Assembly (NCBI GenBank): GCA_038496445.1
Contig: JALMLS010000397.1
Coordinates: 62,001-126,000, forward strand
DNA length: 64,000 nt
Origin: Trichosphaerium sp. ATCC 40318
Lineage: Eukaryota > Protista > Tubulinea
Reading direction: 5' to 3'
Shown here one piece after another: positions 62,492-64,000 of this stretch (positions are counted from its first letter, which is position 1; every line of letters begins with the position of its first letter). A program made the translations under genes and the position numbers. The notes beneath the pieces are model-generated. The model was not told where the DNA came from, did no database searches, and saw only the letters and a program-made list of their open reading frames with translations.

Positions 62492-64000
62492 ATGCGGATT
62501 GTCTCAATACTTGTAGTACTTTGCGTGGTGGTACTAGCGCAAGTATCTACAATACGTACAAGACTACAATTTGAGGATAACTTTTTGAATTCTGTCCCGA
62601 GTTCTCCCGGCGCTTCGTTGGATGTACAGCCAAGTACTAGCGCGGATAATGTTACTTTCATCGATGGTCTCTTTGGAAAAGCGTTGCGGTTCTCTACACA
62701 GCGTTCTGGATCGCTATTAACGCTACGTACGCTACTTCAATGATTTTTTCAGTCACGTGTACAAAGATTCTATTAACACGTTTTCAGCTGGCAGTTTTAC
62801 GCCATTCACTGCAGTACCTGCAACTTTTTCGTTGTGGATAAGGCAGTATAGATACATGCTATTTTCTCGCTCAATTTTTACATTTTCTGGTAGTGGGTTT
62901 GGCATAGAGATAGATATTGGTACTCTAATCTTTTTTTTTTTTCGCTTGGATTTTTTTTTCTGATAGTCGTTTTTGTTATTGTTTAGGTGGCCTTACATGC
63001 GGTTCTCGGTGCATATCAGTTGAAGCTAGTTCTAGTGGAGAATCAGGTACACTTCAAAGAGCTTATTTAAGCGTCGTTTTAAACGATTGTTGTCTTTCAG
63101 ACGATGAAACTGGTCACGACGTATTTAATTCGAATTCTGAATGGGTATTGTTGACAATAGAGATTACAGGTCCTTCTGATGCACATGTTGTAAGCGTAAA
63201 CTGTGTGGCTACGCAGTAGCCAGTAGTAGCGAGCTATTGACTGACGAATCTTTTCTTTAGGTAAAAGTATACAGGAACAATATCCTTCTCGAAGTGCTTG
63301 ACGCTGGCGGACCAGCTCTTTCTTCAGTGTTATCAACAACACAACTATTGATTGGTGGATCTGGTGTAGATATAGATGAGTTTCGATGGTACAGTACCAT
63401 TTTTTCAAATTCAGAAAGGCACGTGCTCAGTAATGCCGCTACTTTCTTATAAGCCTCACTCAGATGTTCACAAGTCATGTGTGGAGTATTTAATGAAAAC
63501 ACTGGAGCTTGTTCATCCCCAGATTGCTCCTCATCTATTGACGGTAATCAATCGGAAAGTGGTAGCAATTTAAGCATTGTAGTCATAGGTAAACATATTA
63601 CAGTTTGTCTATTTGAAACATGATACTAAACAAACAATAGTGCTATCTGTGGTTGTATTATTGTTGCTCATTATTATCATTGCAATAGCTTCAGTATTCA
63701 TTTACAGATGCGTTGGTAGACGTAAACTAAAAACACAACATGCTACTGTTCTTAATACCATAGCAAATAGTGAAAGCGTTGGTGTGACTCCTATAGAAAC
63801 ACGTGATGCTTCACGTACGCTTTTTTTTTTCATAACACGCATTTTTCTTCATTTCCTTTTTCGTTTTATGGTCTCCTTCGTTCTTGCGGTAGCTTTGAAC
63901 GTAAACTTCATAGTAATCTATTCACATGTTATTCAGAGTCTGCTACCCGATCACAAAACCCCAGTAGGCTTACTGTGAAGCGAGGTATTGCTACAAGTAT
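62492..64000 (+). CDS. LamG/concanavalin-like domain type I membrane protein (3'-partial)
   Basis: Signal peptide, DGLFGKALRF, TFSLWIR, LLIGG..DIDEFRWY, Cys-rich juxtamembrane region, TM and RRKLK; runs off the window. Confidence 0.75.

Noticed and set aside
1-64000. Stop-codon reassignment or systematic RNA editing to explain fragmented ORFs
   Set aside because: Conserved genes assemble cleanly with introns, and TAA, TAG and TGA all end conserved proteins; only isolated frameshifts were seen
1-64000. U12-type (AT-AC or GTATCCTT) introns
   Set aside because: The ATATCCTT-like matches noticed lie within exons or inside GT introns; none was needed for a gene model

Overview
Gene-dense, AT-rich eukaryotic nuclear DNA with many short spliceosomal introns (mostly about 35-110 nt, dominant 5' splice site GTACG(T)). 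The style suggests an amoebozoan-like protist, which is inference only. I assembled about 33 protein-coding loci by hand: nucleoside hydrolase, MMACHC, two F-box-like/MORN-variant paralogs, an ArsS-type radical SAM protein, a 3xRRM protein, a WD40 protein, OGFOD3, a Frizzled-CRD-like surface protein, a truncated sacsin-like GHKL gene, two tandem BTB genes, DPH1, TMEM184, a divergent Ras, TFIIS, RPLP0, Rab32/38, an LRR protein, PRP38B, SRP68, a mucin-like protein, an HMG-box factor, a transglutaminase-like protein, a DNRLRE-domain/heme-peroxidase fusion, an AlkB-like oxygenase, a stand-alone cortactin N-terminal acidic (NTA) mini-protein and a LamG membrane protein, plus several unknowns. There are also intronic C/D snoRNAs. 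The most unusual signals are: (1) strong window-wide enrichment of the palindrome CACGTG (at least 58 by hand count against about 6 expected), which overlaps a frequent class of GC-AG introns; (2) several over-long introns holding unclassified multi-hairpin RNAs; (3) a cortactin NTA-only gene; (4) several genes of bacterial or viral appearance. No tRNA, rRNA, CRISPR array or intact mobile element was recognised. All exon structures and counts are manual and need RNA-seq or computational confirmation.
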